DNA of 64,000 bases from Sphyrna mokarran (Eukaryota): NCBI GenBank assembly GCA_024679065.1, contig JAGIQG010000008.1, positions 47,244,001-47,308,000 of the forward strand. The letters are read 5' to 3'. Shown here one piece after another: positions 24,501 to 36,900 of this stretch. Positions within the stretch are counted from its first letter, which is position 1; each line of letters starts with the position of its first letter. Below the pieces are notes generated by a model that was not told the DNA's origin, ran no database searches, and saw only the letters and a list, made by a program, of their open reading frames with translations. Both the position numbers and the translations under genes were made by a program.

Positions 24501-25129
24501 TGATACCTAATCGTACAAAGTTAACTGGGGATGGCCTTTATATTGCACGTGCAAGGAAGAGATACCAAGCTAATCCCAAAATTAAAACAGCATAATGAAT
24601 GAAAATGCATCAAAAACATGAAAAGTTACCTGCAAGAATATGCTATTTCTTTTCTATGTATTTAGGATATGACTAGAATACCACAACCTTCAATATCTGC
24701 TGCAAAATAAACTAGAAAGTTGGTTATCATTTCATTTTTAGCAAGACACTCTAACCCAAAAAGTTGCTTCACAGCAAGTCACTATTTAGCTCAGGTCATC
24801 TTGACCCAAGCTCAGTTCAATCCAGTAGCATTCAAATTTATCTTTGACAACATACAGTTTGTAAACCAGATTAAAGTTGCCCTGACAAGTATGTCAGACA
24901 AGGGAAGGGAAACAAAGTGAAACTGCAAGTTCCTTTTACTAAACAATAAGCAAGCATGGAATGCAAAAAGACAATTCAGCCCATCATACTAGTCTTTTCT
25001 AATCATTGTAAAACTTGCTAGATCGTAGGTTCAAATTAGGACGTTGGATACCTTGAGTGAAACTTTCTGCAATTTCTCACTTCTTTCATTCCATAAGAGA
25101 ACAAAATTCTCCCATCAGTGGAAATGAGC

Positions 25130-25700
25130 ATTGTTCACAAAGCTAGTATTTGTTGTTCCCACTCTAATTGCCCTCACAAAGGTTGTGGTGAATGGTCTTC
25201 TTGAACCAATGTGGTCCATGTTGTATAGGTCCAAGCTCGGTGCTTTTCAAGAGGAATTCCAGGTTTTTGATCCAATGGCAGTGAAGAAACAGCAATATAT
25301 TTCCAAGTTAGGATGGAGCGTGACTTGGAGGGGAACTTGGGGTTGGTGACATGCCAATGCTACCTTCTATGCAGTTGCTATCATGGATATGAAAGGTGCT
25401 GTCAAAGACGATTTGGATGTTACTGCAGTGCATCTTGTCAGTGTACACATTCTGCTAGCAGTGGAGAGAGTAATTTAAAGCGTTGATGGGGTGCAGGCTG
25501 CTTTGTCCTGGTGGTGTCAAACTTCTTCAGTGATATTGTTGGAGCTCCATTTATTGAAGCAAATGGAAAGTATTCCATCACACTCCTGATGTTTGTCTTG
25601 TTAATAGTGATTAGCCCTTGGGGAGTCAGAAAGCAAGTTACTCCCTGCAGAATTCCCAGCTTCTTTCATAGCTGGTCCATTTAAGTTTCTGGGTAATCAA
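25130..25700 (-). mobile_element. LINE 3' fragment, same family as 16722-17650
   Basis: Shared gaattccaggtttttgatccaatggcagtgaagaaacagcaatatatttccaag and tattccatcacactcctga. Confidence 0.78.
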
Positions 25701-25739
25701 TTGCTTTTGCAGTATAATTACTATAATAATGCAAGAAAC

Positions 25740-26205
25740 TACAAGATTCTATTTTCTGGCCCATTTCCATTACATTTAACTTTCTCCAATAGTTTCCTAC
25801 ACGATGTCTCGTCAACATCTTTCTGGAAATCCACATAAACCACAAGTGCTACAAATTCCCTGTCCAATAAATCTGTCACCTCTTCAAAGATCTGTATGAA
25901 GTTTCCTTGGCATAAACTTCCTCTCTGACATCCAAATTGGTCACTTTTAATTATTTTCCTCTTCCTGTAGATATTTAGCAATCTCACCTTCAGTGTTCCA
26001 AATTTTCACTACTACTGATGTTAAAATAAATGACCTGTGATTAGCAAAGTTCTCTCTTCCTGAAATTAATAATGCTCTAGATGATCTCCTATCCTGTGGC
26101 AAACATCTATTCTCAACAGAATCCAGAAATCTAATTAGTAAGGCCCCTACTATAATTTCCCCCTTTTCCCTCAAGATTCCTTCGATGTAGTCAATCAGAT
26201 TAATC
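25740..26205 (-). mobile_element. CR1 reverse transcriptase fragment
   Basis: NFIQIFEEVTDLLDRE..VVYVDFQKDVD; ANHRSFILTSVVVK (NYRPISLTS motif). Confidence 0.85.
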
Positions 26206-26599
26206 ATAGAATCCTACAGTGCAGAAAGAGTCCATTCGGCCCATCGAGGTTCTGACTCTATCATCTTTTTGTTTAGTTCCATTAAAATCTCAGAGTCTAA
26301 TCCCAGGGATCCAACTTGTGTTAAGCTAAGCTTCATAGTAGCTGAGGAGGCGCCAGTCCTATATGAATGTGTCTATATTTAACTTGATATGCATACAAAC
26401 ATGATCCATGTCAAAAAGTAGATTCAAATGCCTAATGAAAACTCCAGTAAAGGAGTAAATGTGTGAAAAAATCTGCATTTAATTTGTTCTGCTGCACACA
26501 ATTCTGTGATTCTGTTCACACCATATAATGACAGCTGAGTGAGTGTCTCACTGGGAGGCTGGCTGGCCTTACCTTGCTCCTGCTCTTTCTTGATGTCTT

Positions 26600-27760
26600 T
26601 TGCAGTTGTAATCTATTTGTACTCAGTGCGTTGAAAGCAAATAGCAATCCTGGTTTCTGTCACAATCTTCCATGCCTTTTTCATTAAGGTTGTGCAGTTG
26701 GAACAAACTGCTGCTTCTGACTGATGACCTTGAAAACATGAGAGATTAGCTGCTGTTGATGGCGGATTTTCAGGTCCCTGACAATCCTTTGGCTGGAGCT
26801 TAGCCATGGTGTTGGATGGCTGGAATAGTAGTTCCATGCACTTCAGGCCAGCGATATCTGGGTGCCTGGGGCAGTCGTCTTTCCTGATGACGATCTTCCT
26901 TTGCTTTCCTTGATACCTTTGGAACACTTTTCTGACCCATGCCTTAAACTTCCTGGAGGTCATCCAGGTGGTTTTGTTAGTCTTACAACGTATGAATCGT
27001 GCCCATCATTTGCAAAGCATCATGGTTTCTTGAACTTTCCAAGTACAAATAACAGCAGCTTTTTAGTGCCCTCCAGACTGGTGCCACATGCAGTATACAC
27101 TACAGCACTGACACATTCCTTGCTACACTTTCCATCATTAAACATTCCACCGGTAAACAACAGAGCTGTCTTGCAAAAAAAAGGCAAAACAGTTTCGTCC
27201 ATTTTAAGAATGTTTCTTGGTGCATACTCCTTCAAGAAGTGAACAACTTGAGTTTGCAGCCAATCATGTGTCGTTGCTGTCATAACCACTCTACCCTTAC
27301 CACTTACTGCTTGGAGGACTATGTCAAGCCTTGTCTCGAATCAGTCCAACTATCTGTTGACGCAGGTGATCCATGTAGTCCAAAACTGCTTTGCCAAGGA
27401 AACTCCCTTTCCCAGCAGGATTAGACTGGAGATGGGAACGTTTTCCGCTTACTGCCTTGAACCACATTACCAAAGCTTCTTCAACATCAGGATACGCAGT
27501 AGTTCTCATCTGCTTCCTTGCTGGAGAGAATGCCTGTTAGTCAAACAGTTCAAAAGGTGTTCACCTTGTGTTTCGTTATGGTGGCCAAACCAGATGGCAG
27601 AATCTGTCTTTTTTTTTTACAATGTCCACTTTCTCCTTCATGCCACTGTTTTCCACTTGCTGTCTCAACTTCATTTTTTCTCTAATCAACAATACTTAAA
27701 CTTTCTTGTAAGTTTAACCACACTTGCAGGTTTTGCACTTTTTACAGGGAGATGATGCTT
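26600..27760 (-). mobile_element. Tigger/pogo (Tc1-mariner superfamily) transposase fossil, frameshifted
   Basis: Colinear motifs: psq-like N-terminus, CENP-B HTH (RTTAYPDVEEALVMWFK), YAPRNILKMDET, GKCSKECVSA, LFVLGKFKKP, MTSRKFKAWVRK, KDDCPRHP, PSNTMAKLQPKD.QG of the DDE_1 domain. Confidence 0.9.
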
Positions 27761-30113
27761 TCTGCAGCACTTTGATTTTGAACATATGTGGTTTACTCTA
27801 ATTGATCAGTGCAATCTTATGACCAGCTAATCCAGAGTTACCAGTGCTGAATTTCAGTTTATCGAATGCATCGTTCTAATGGATTTGTTATTTTGCTGGG
27901 GGAATGGTTGTCAGTTTCAACAGAAGCAGAATTTTGTATCATCCAGATTTGACTCAGCAATTTCAATGTAATTTCTATAAAGGTTTTATTATTCTTATCT
28001 CATCTCACTTTGAGCTAATTCAGGATGTACCTCCTCCCAAACATTTGTCTTTTAAAACACTGATTCAAAATCTTAAAACAGCCCTGCCTATTCATTTCCA
28101 TAGATTTTTTACCCTCTCACTATCCACCTCACCTGCCTTCTTGTTTCCATTCCAATCTACTGTTGATGTTTTTGTACCAATCTTTCCTGCATTTCATTCC
28201 AGTCTTGAAACTCATCATCGTCACTGCACCCAAAATGCTCACCACATTTAATGCGTCTATTCATTATATTTAATTATTTATAACTAAATTTGGCAATATC
28301 CTCTTTGGCATGCAAACCTACTGCTTGACACAATTTAAGAATTCTATTCCACTTAACCCCTCCCAGTCCAAGTCAACACATGGATAATTAAAATCTCCTA
28401 GAACAGTTACTGTTATTCCTATTTATCTCCTAATCTGTTTAAACACATTCTCTTCCATTTCCTTTCTGCTATCAGTGGATCTGCAGTGCAATCCCAGTAA
28501 GGTAACAATTGCTTTTTAAAAAAATTTCTAATCTCCAACCATATTTACCACTGTCTGATCTTATATACATGAGCCCTCTAGTGCCAGTCTGCTTCTTACT
28601 TTAGCTATTTTGTCCTAAAATTATAATGCTGTGTTTATTTTCCACTCCTGCCCAACTTGGAATCAAATTTCTGTTACTGATATTAAACCTTTAAGCTTCC
28701 TGCGATCCAATTACTTCTAATTATACTGGATTAGCTCTCACACTGAGCACTGCAATACATCAACTTTATCACTATATTACTGCAGATCCTTTCCAGTGAA
28801 GTTCTGCCCAAGCTGTTTTCATATTGCAACTGTAACATCCATGCAAAGAAATAGAAACAGAAAGGAAAATAGAGAAAGAAGTTTACGACTGTTAATTTCT
28901 ACATACGTGTAACAACAATTGACTATCCATAAATCCAACATTCATTAGAAGTATAAAAGCTGGATAAGAAATACCTATTTATTAAATTGTTCCCTTTCTG
29001 AGTCAGACTAGTTGATTTATTAATGTTCCTGCAATTTCAAGGAAGAAAAGATTGGCATTTATAGCACTTTTCATGGTCACTGGACATCATAATGAAGAAC
29101 GTATGAGTGTAGTCACTGTTTCTAATGTTACAATTACAGTCTAAATGTACCCGAGAATTACTTTAGATATAGTTTCAGATTTATATTCTGACAACATAAC
29201 ATACAATCCACAGACTCAGGGAGCACAATATTCATTCCTGTGTGGCAGTTCCACGACAATGACAATTTGTATTTATATAATTCCATTAATACAAGGAAAT
29301 GCCTTAATATAATTTTGATAACACTTGGCTTTAATTTTTTCCCATTCTTTTCAGCCTCAAAATGACAGTCTTGCTAAGCTGTGTAAAATGCAAGTAAATC
29401 GTAAGGAAGGCTCCAGCTAAATGTTAGGACTCTTAATTTAATTGATAATTCAGCTGGCTCCAAATGGATCCCTCCAATGGAATTGTACTGTACTCAAATG
29501 CATGTGGCAGATTACCCCCTTGAAGATTCCTCTTGTAGGAACACAAGGGACTCATGCATCTGTGCTAAGAAAATGATAGTCATCCAGGTTCGACAACTTA
29601 GACCATTGGACATGCATAAAGCTTAGGGAGTGAAATAATAACATTAAAAGGCTAAAACGACGGAAGGGTAATCACTTAACATTGAAGTTCATCTCTACCT
29701 TTTGCTATAGCGTAACGCAGCTGTAGAGCCTCAACAAAGTCATATATACAGCTGCAGAATAAACAGAGCTTAATTCAGTCTTTAGATCTGGATTCCACTG
29801 AATAAGCAAACTTATTCTCTGTATTTGCAGCAGTAAACAGGTGGAATGCTGATGGATTTTTTGCGCTTTTCTCCACTATTATAATTTATTGTCTGCATTT
29901 GTTACTTGAACTGCGACAACAATGCAAACTGCCCACCAAATGTTTCAGTATTATTCAATCATGTTCCAGTTGCCCATTAATATTGACAAGAACACAAGAG
30001 ATGCAAATAAAGACGGCAGAGAACACTGGTGACATTGGCTTTTGTGAAATGCCGCACCCAAGAAAAAAAATAAGCCCTAGTTGCATTTTACTGGAGAAAG
30101 AAAACTTGGTTAC

Positions 30114-30126
30114 CTTATTCATAAAA
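30114..30126 (-). other. Candidate 13-nt upstream microexon carrying an ATG (TTTTATGAATAAG)
   Basis: Long pyrimidine tract cttttcctctccctctttgtttgcag| followed 13 nt later by AAG|gtaacc; splice signals only. Confidence 0.3.
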
Positions 30127-31237
30127 CTGCAAACAAAGAGGGAGAGGAAAAGCAGGCCAATTTAAGAGGGGAAACAAAAGAATACCCAGCATTTAACTTT
30201 ATTCATCTCATGATTGGACTGTTCAGATTTTTTTTCCATGGTTATACAATCAGCTGATCATTATTGACACCAACTCTGATCCATGAGGCCCATGCACTCG
30301 ACATGAAAACAAATTCATTTACTTCACATTCTATAAACCTCCGATATTAACTGGTTTTATCAATGTGATAGCCAACTGCATTTTGTTTTTCCAAACTCAA
30401 CCCAACACTACAACATTATAGGTCAAAATACTGCCACTTGCAATAAGTTAATGACATTATGTTAACCACAGTTAAGTATGGCATGAAATGTAACAGAAAA
30501 ATTAAACACATTTTGACCATTTAATTTGTATTTTAAAAACATCTTTAAAACTGTCTTCGCAGTTACCATGAAAAACTAAATTCAGCTCAAAATATTAATT
30601 CCTAGTGTGGTTTTTGCTGAGACAATACCAAAGACTTTGGCAAATGCCTGCTGGTGAAAGTTCTCATTGTGCTAAAGTAGTGCAGACAATCTGCAAATAT
30701 ACTTTCGTAAATGTTATTAGAAATAACAATGTATTCTTTTGGTGCGAAGGAAGAAAAATGGAATTTTTCAATACTGTTGGACTAAAAGCTGTACTGTTAA
30801 GTTTCCAAAGCACCAATCTAAGTACCGTTCTCTATAAACATGCCAACTTGGGAAATTCAGATTTTAAAATAATTACTGTCAATAAGTAGGTGGAATGTTT
30901 ATTTACTGTCGATGCTTCTGCAAAAAGTTATTCATATTTCAATGTTCTCTGAAAAACAATCATGTTCAGAAAGATAGCACATACAGCAAACTGTTCCAGC
31001 ATGACATTTATTTTGATCAGTAAAATACAGAATGGAAAGTTTAAGAACTCTAACCACACAGCACAGCCTTGACTTTGTTGCTAAATTAATGGCGAGTTTA
31101 CTGACGCTCGCCATTATTAATGTATAAATCATCCAGCAACTTGCACTGAAATACTCCAAGACTGATGAATTATTCCATTTATAGGATAATTTTATCTTTC
31201 CATTAACCTCATGAAAATTGACCTCACCGTTCTATAA

Positions 31238-31415
31238 GGGGTTGGTTTAGCTCAATTCGCTAGACAGCTAGTCAGCGATGCCAACGGCACAGGTTCAATT
31301 CCTGTACTGGCTGAGGTTAGTTGTGCCTTATCAACTTTGCCCTTTGAAAAAGATGTGATGATCATCAGGTTAAATTACCACCAGTCACAGCCTATGGGAC
31401 TACATTACCTTTATC
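31238..31415 (+). mobile_element. Short tRNA-derived SINE
   Basis: A box ggtttagctcaattcgctaga, B box ggttcaattcc, body caggttaaattaccaccagtc. Confidence 0.6.
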
Positions 31416-31509
31416 TATAAAGTCAAAGAAATTACTGCATTTTCACATTAATTGCCTTTTATGGCTGGAACATAATTGCATAATTATCTTTTTAATAAGA
31501 TCCACCAGC

Positions 31510-31925
31510 TATGGCTCATTTGGGAATGAGCCAAGTGTCTCTTAAGTCATAGGGTTCAAGTATCACCCTTGGATTTGAGATTTCAAAAACATCAAGGCCG
31601 ACATTCCAGTGCAGCAGTGAAGGAATGCTGCCCTGTCAGAGATATTGTTTTTCAGATGAGTATTCTGCCCTTTTAGCTGTGATCCCATGGCATTATTTCA
31701 AAGGTGAGCAAGCAAATTAACCTGGTGTCTTGTCTAATATGTTCCTTCAACCAACATAAAAAAACAAATGATCTAGTTATTGTTGCAGTCATTTGTGGAA
31801 CTTTCTTGCATAAAATGATTACTGCTTATATGTCACAAACAATGGCTACACTTCAAAGGTATTTCAATGGTTGTAAATCAGTCATCTGATGAGCATGAAA
31901 GGTGCTATATAAATGCTAGTCTTTT
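31510..31925 (+). mobile_element. DeuSINE/SacSINE-like SINE
   Basis: ggccgacattccagtgcagcagtgaaggaatgctgccctgtcagag...cacttcaaaggtatttc...aaaggtgctatataaatgc. Confidence 0.8.
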
Positions 31926-32359
31926 ATTATTTTTGTGTTTTGATAATGTCAAACAACGACTCTGGCCCAGAAGAAGTAAAAAGTTTATTTATTATCACAA
32001 ATAAGGCTTAAATTAACACTGCAATGAAGTTACTGTGAAAGTTTCCTAATGAAAGGGAGCAATTTAATAAATTTGCATACATTACCCATAGCTTCCTGTG
32101 TGTGAGCTGCTGTTCAGACAGGATAAAAGCCCAATTGCAAACTTTCATAGGACAGCAAGTTACGGAAGTTCTGTATTTGCAAAATGAAAAGCCCAAAAGA
32201 CGTAAATGATAACTTTTCAGAACCGATTAAACAAAAGGTGAGTAAAAATTAAGTTCTGAAAGTAGATGTGATAAGAAATTGTAATTCGGTACATGATCAT
32301 CAGATCTTTATACAGAATTAGGTGACTGTCTCAGCTGCCAAAGCTCATCAACTCTTCTA

Positions 32360-33376
32360 AGCATTCTTTCTGGTTGTACCATAGCTTGATAAGGCTCCTG
32401 CTCTGCCTAAGACTGCAAGAAACTACAAAAGGTCATGAATGTAGCCCAATTCATCACGCAAACCAGCCTCCCATCCATTGACTCTGACTACACTTCCCTC
32501 TGCCTCGGCAAAGTAATCAGCACAATTAAGGACCCCACATACCCCAGACATTCTCCCTTCAGGAAAAAGTCATAAAAGTCTAAGGTTATGTACCAATCAA
32601 CCCAAGAACAGCTTCTTCTCTGCTGCCATCAGACTCTTGAATGGACCTACCTCGCATTAAATTGATCTCTTTCTGCACTCTAGCTATTACTGTAACATTA
32701 TATTCTGCATTTTCTTGTTTCCTTCTCTTTCAGAGTTGTGAGGTCAAGTTGCAACTGTACAAATCTCCAGTGCAGCCACACTTGGAATTTGCATACAGTT
32801 CTGGTCACCACATTATAAGAAAGATGTGGACGCATTGGAAAGGATGCGCAAGTGGTTTACCAGGATGTTGCCTGGTATAGTGGGAAGGTCTTATGAAGGA
32901 AGGCTGAGGTTATTTTCGTTAGAGAGGAGAAGGTTAAGAGGTGACCTAATTGAGGCGCACAAGGTGATCAGAGGGTTAGATAGGGTGGACATTGAGAGCC
33001 TTTTTCCTTGGATGGTGATGGCTAACATGAGGGGGCATAGCTTTAAATTAAGGGGTGGTAATTATAGGACAGATGTCAGAGATAGGTTCTTTACTCAGAA
33101 GAAAGTAAGAGCGTGGAGTATCTGCCTGCAGCAGTTGTGGATTTGCCAACTTTAAGGGCATTCAAATGGTCAGTGGATAGGCATATGGATAACATTGGAA
33201 ATAGTTTAGGTTAGAGGGTCATTAGATTGGTTCCACTGGTCGGCACAACATCGAGGGCCGAAGGGCCTGTACTGCACTGTAATGTTCTATGAGTGATATG
33301 TTTTGTCTGTTTGGCATGCAAGAAACAATACTTTTCACTGTACGTTAATTCATGTGACAATAATAAATCAAATCAA
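32360..33376 (+). mobile_element. Rex1/Babar-like LINE 3' end (32360-32729 and ~33288-33376) with a CR1 3' end nested at ~32730-33290
   Basis: Rex: aagaacagcttcttctctgctgccatcagactcttgaatgg and tail gtgacaataataaatcaaatcaaa; CR1: LYKSPVQPHLE, RLFSLERRRLRGDLIEAHK, RGHSFKL, FFTQ. Confidence 0.85.
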
Positions 33377-33589
33377 AAGCATTTCACAAGGGCAAAGCAA
33401 TTTTTAAGCCACAGCATCAAAAGTGCACTGCAAAAACTTCAAAAGACTGGCATAAGGACTTAAGTTTGCAAGTCTGACATATCTAGCCAAATTAGTAAAA
33501 TGGAAGATTTGTAATGTTATTTCACAAAGTTCCCTGGCGGAATTAAAGGCAGATGTGGCAATGTATAATTCTACCAGCTTAATGCCAGG

Positions 33590-33975
33590 AAACTCTCTTC
33601 TCCAAGTACAAAGGTCACAGGCTCAGGTTTCCTGACAGTAGTTGAGCACATAACTTTGGCTGGCAGTACAGTCAGTGCCAAGGGAAAGCTGTATTGACCC
33701 AGGCAACTTCTTTCTGACAAGAAGTTAAACTAAGGCCCTGTTTACGCACTCAAGCTGACAATCCAAAAGCACTATTTGAAGTAAAGGCTGCTCTGGTGAT
33801 GCCTTGGTCAATATTCATTCCTCAACCAGCATCACCAAAACAAAACAACTGGCCATTTATCACATGTTTGTAGGGCCTTGCACTGTCCAAAGGGGTTGCT
33901 CCATTTCCTACATTATAGTAGTGACTATATTACTGAAATGCTTCAGTGGCTGTGAAATTTTCAGACACCCTGAAG
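33590..33975 (+). mobile_element. DeuSINE/SacSINE-like SINE, diverged
   Basis: gcactatttgaag...aatattcattcctcaaccagcatcaccaaaacaaaacaactggccatttatcac...ccatttcctacattatagtagtgacta. Confidence 0.72.
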
Positions 33976-36900
33976 TGTACAGAAGTGAAAGTGTACCAAG
34001 TAAATCAGAATTATTTCTTCACAGACCTGGGTTAATTGTACTTGTTCAAATCCAAGGATGAAGCTGCTGGTGACTCAGCCAGACATGTCAACCATTTAAA
34101 AAAATATGCCCTCCTTACAAGCAGAGCCAGTGTCAGGTAAAAATGCTGTAAGTGGTGCACAAATAGAAATCACTGGCGAATTTATTTGGGAATTTTTGGC
34201 ATCTTCAGAACAGATAAATCAATTTTGCAAAAACATTAAACAACATAGCTCTTTCCAAGCTGTACCCATTGATGAAACGTACAATTATTTTGACACCTCT
34301 CTCTATCATTAAACCTCCTATCCCTAGCTCTAATTTCCTTTCTGTATGTCTTTTAATGGCTACCATTTTATTCAGACTGAAGCTTTTTATTTTCCTTGTT
34401 CGTTTGATAGACGAACTTCCAGGCCTGACCAGCAGCAAAACATTCACCTTTCTGAAGATTTAAACATAGGGAGTTCTACCTGTGCAACTGTTTCTCATGA
34501 TTGATCTTGAACTGGATCTCAACAGCACAAGGTAACTTTGCTACTGAAAGCCATTAATCCATTTTTGAAAGAGGTACCTTCAATGGAATAAATATATGCA
34601 TCCATAACTAAATCTGAAAGCCTTTTCTCATTAGTTGAAATTTCCTCCCCCTCCATAAAGTTGCGCTGTTTTTAAAGTTTGGCTTAAATCTTGGTAGAAA
34701 TAACTGAACAGTTGTACAACTACGTACATACTTCATTACCTTATGCCAGCTCCTTAAGGCTAAAATTACGAACAACGGTTGAGGAAATTTGTCAGAACAC
34801 AAAAGCTGCAGATTAACTACTTTTTAAGCACTAACACTGCAAAAAAGGTCAATTTAAATTGGCTTTTAGTTTAGTTTTCATTAACAAAGCTTTAATCAAA
34901 GCTCTTTAAAAATCATCAGTTACCTGGGTGGCAAAACTGACCCACTATTGCAAATCTGAGGTATCAGACTTTGAAGCTCAATATAAAAACTTATCTGGCT
35001 TTTGTAACAGAAGATTCCACTTACAGGTTTTTGCCTTTACACTAATAAACTGCAACACTCCACCCACTACTGACTCGGGACAAAAAAAAGACATTTTCAT
35101 ACTTAAAAAGAAAGCAGAGCTTTCTAATTAACTGCCATTATTTGCTAGTGCATGTCAAAGGTCAACTATGGGCAATGTGCTTTTGTACTATTTGTCACTC
35201 ATTTGAAGTACAGAAGAGAGAAAAGATAAAAGCAGTTGTATGCTATTGGAGTCAGCATTATCAGCAGGTGCACATCGCTGCAACTACAACTATTGTGGGC
35301 AATGCAGCAACCACATCACTCTCAGAACCCGTGTATTACCAGCATGAATTCTGCATTAACTTCCTATGGTTAGAGAGAACTAGGCCGTGAAAATATTTGT
35401 TCTGAATATATAGCCAAACCATATGAATGGATTTTTTTTTGCTCATTTGGTGAGTCTACCATTTTCTTTAGCCACTACTCATATGACAATGCATATGTCC
35501 AAGTACTAAAGAGCCATAAAACAAGTGGTGTCCATAGTAGGCGTCCCCATCTTGATTCAATTGACATGTGCACTTTTGTTTTACACAATTTATCACAAGT
35601 TTGAGATGCTAATCTACAAGATCATTGCTTTAGACAACTATCTTCACATAAAGGTAACGTATTTATGGACTAAACGAACTGACTCAAACTATTCATGCAG
35701 TTTTTAATATGCGAAAATAATTTCCACTTTTATTTGGATCAATTGTTTCTGTGGAATGTCAGAGAAAGAAGCTCATACATCTCAAAAGACAAATTGCAGA
35801 TGGTGTGCGTCATGACCACGCACAAAATGGCAACATAACCTGACAGCATGATTGCTATTGGTAAGCAGGACAAGTAGCAGATCTTAACCTAAAAAGATCT
35901 TTGCCAACCTTACTTCCACTGTGCAATTTTGTTAATGGTTAACCAATTGCGTGCCCCAAGCTGGCAGGAGAGGAATGGATCACTGCTCTTTCTTCCCATA
36001 AATCATAGATATTAACTCAATTGGAGCAAAATGATGAATACTGCTTATGCTTAGGTGGATTTCTGCAAAAGTATACTGAATATTCCCCATAGGTTCCTTC
36101 AATTAGAAATTGCAGTACATAATAAACATAGTCTTCTTTACTTCACTGTCCAGTGCAGTTTTGTAGAAGGTCAATTTTCTTTCCAATTATTTATTAGCTA
36201 AGCAGAAAATGATATCCTGATTATTCTGCACTGATATGGCAGGCACAGAAACCTACAGGAGCAGACATAAAAGAGAATATCTTATAGTTGCTCAGACCAC
36301 TAGGCCAGAATGGAACAGGTTGGTTATGCCATCAAGATCAATATACTCAGATTGAAATTGTTTTGACCAAGACCATGTTTGTCATGCTAAAGAAGATTAA
36401 TGGTAAAATAGATTAATTTAGATGTTACGAAGAATTAAAATGAAATAGTGTCTTTTAGGTAAGGTTCCAGAAGGCACCAAAGCCACCTTTTTACTTTTTT
36501 CAAATTTATGCTCATTTTTAGTGTAGATTTCACCTATTAATATTGCTTAATATTGGGTGTCACTGTCATGGAGCATTTTTTGGTTTCTTTTTTCCAATAA
36601 CATAACACTGATAACAGTCGAGCAATTCACCAGAAACCCACCTGTAAGACAGATATTTCTGATATCTCAACAGGAGGATTGAAATATGGGGGAAACTGGG
36701 AAACGCACTTCCAAAGAAAGCTCAGGGAACAAGGCCAGTAAATTAAAGATCTCATAATGGGCAGCAAAGCAAATTAAAACTAATCATCAGGATTGGTTTT
36801 GAAGCAACATCACTGCAGGACTTCACACTTAAAATGGTAAAACATAAAAGGCTGTCTTGCCAGAGCTGAATAAGCATCAGAGTCAGACATGCAACATTCA

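Noticed and set aside
35340-35363. Possible 24-nt microexon (catag|...ctg|gtaata)
   Set aside because: Short pyrimidine tract and mediocre donor; no supporting context
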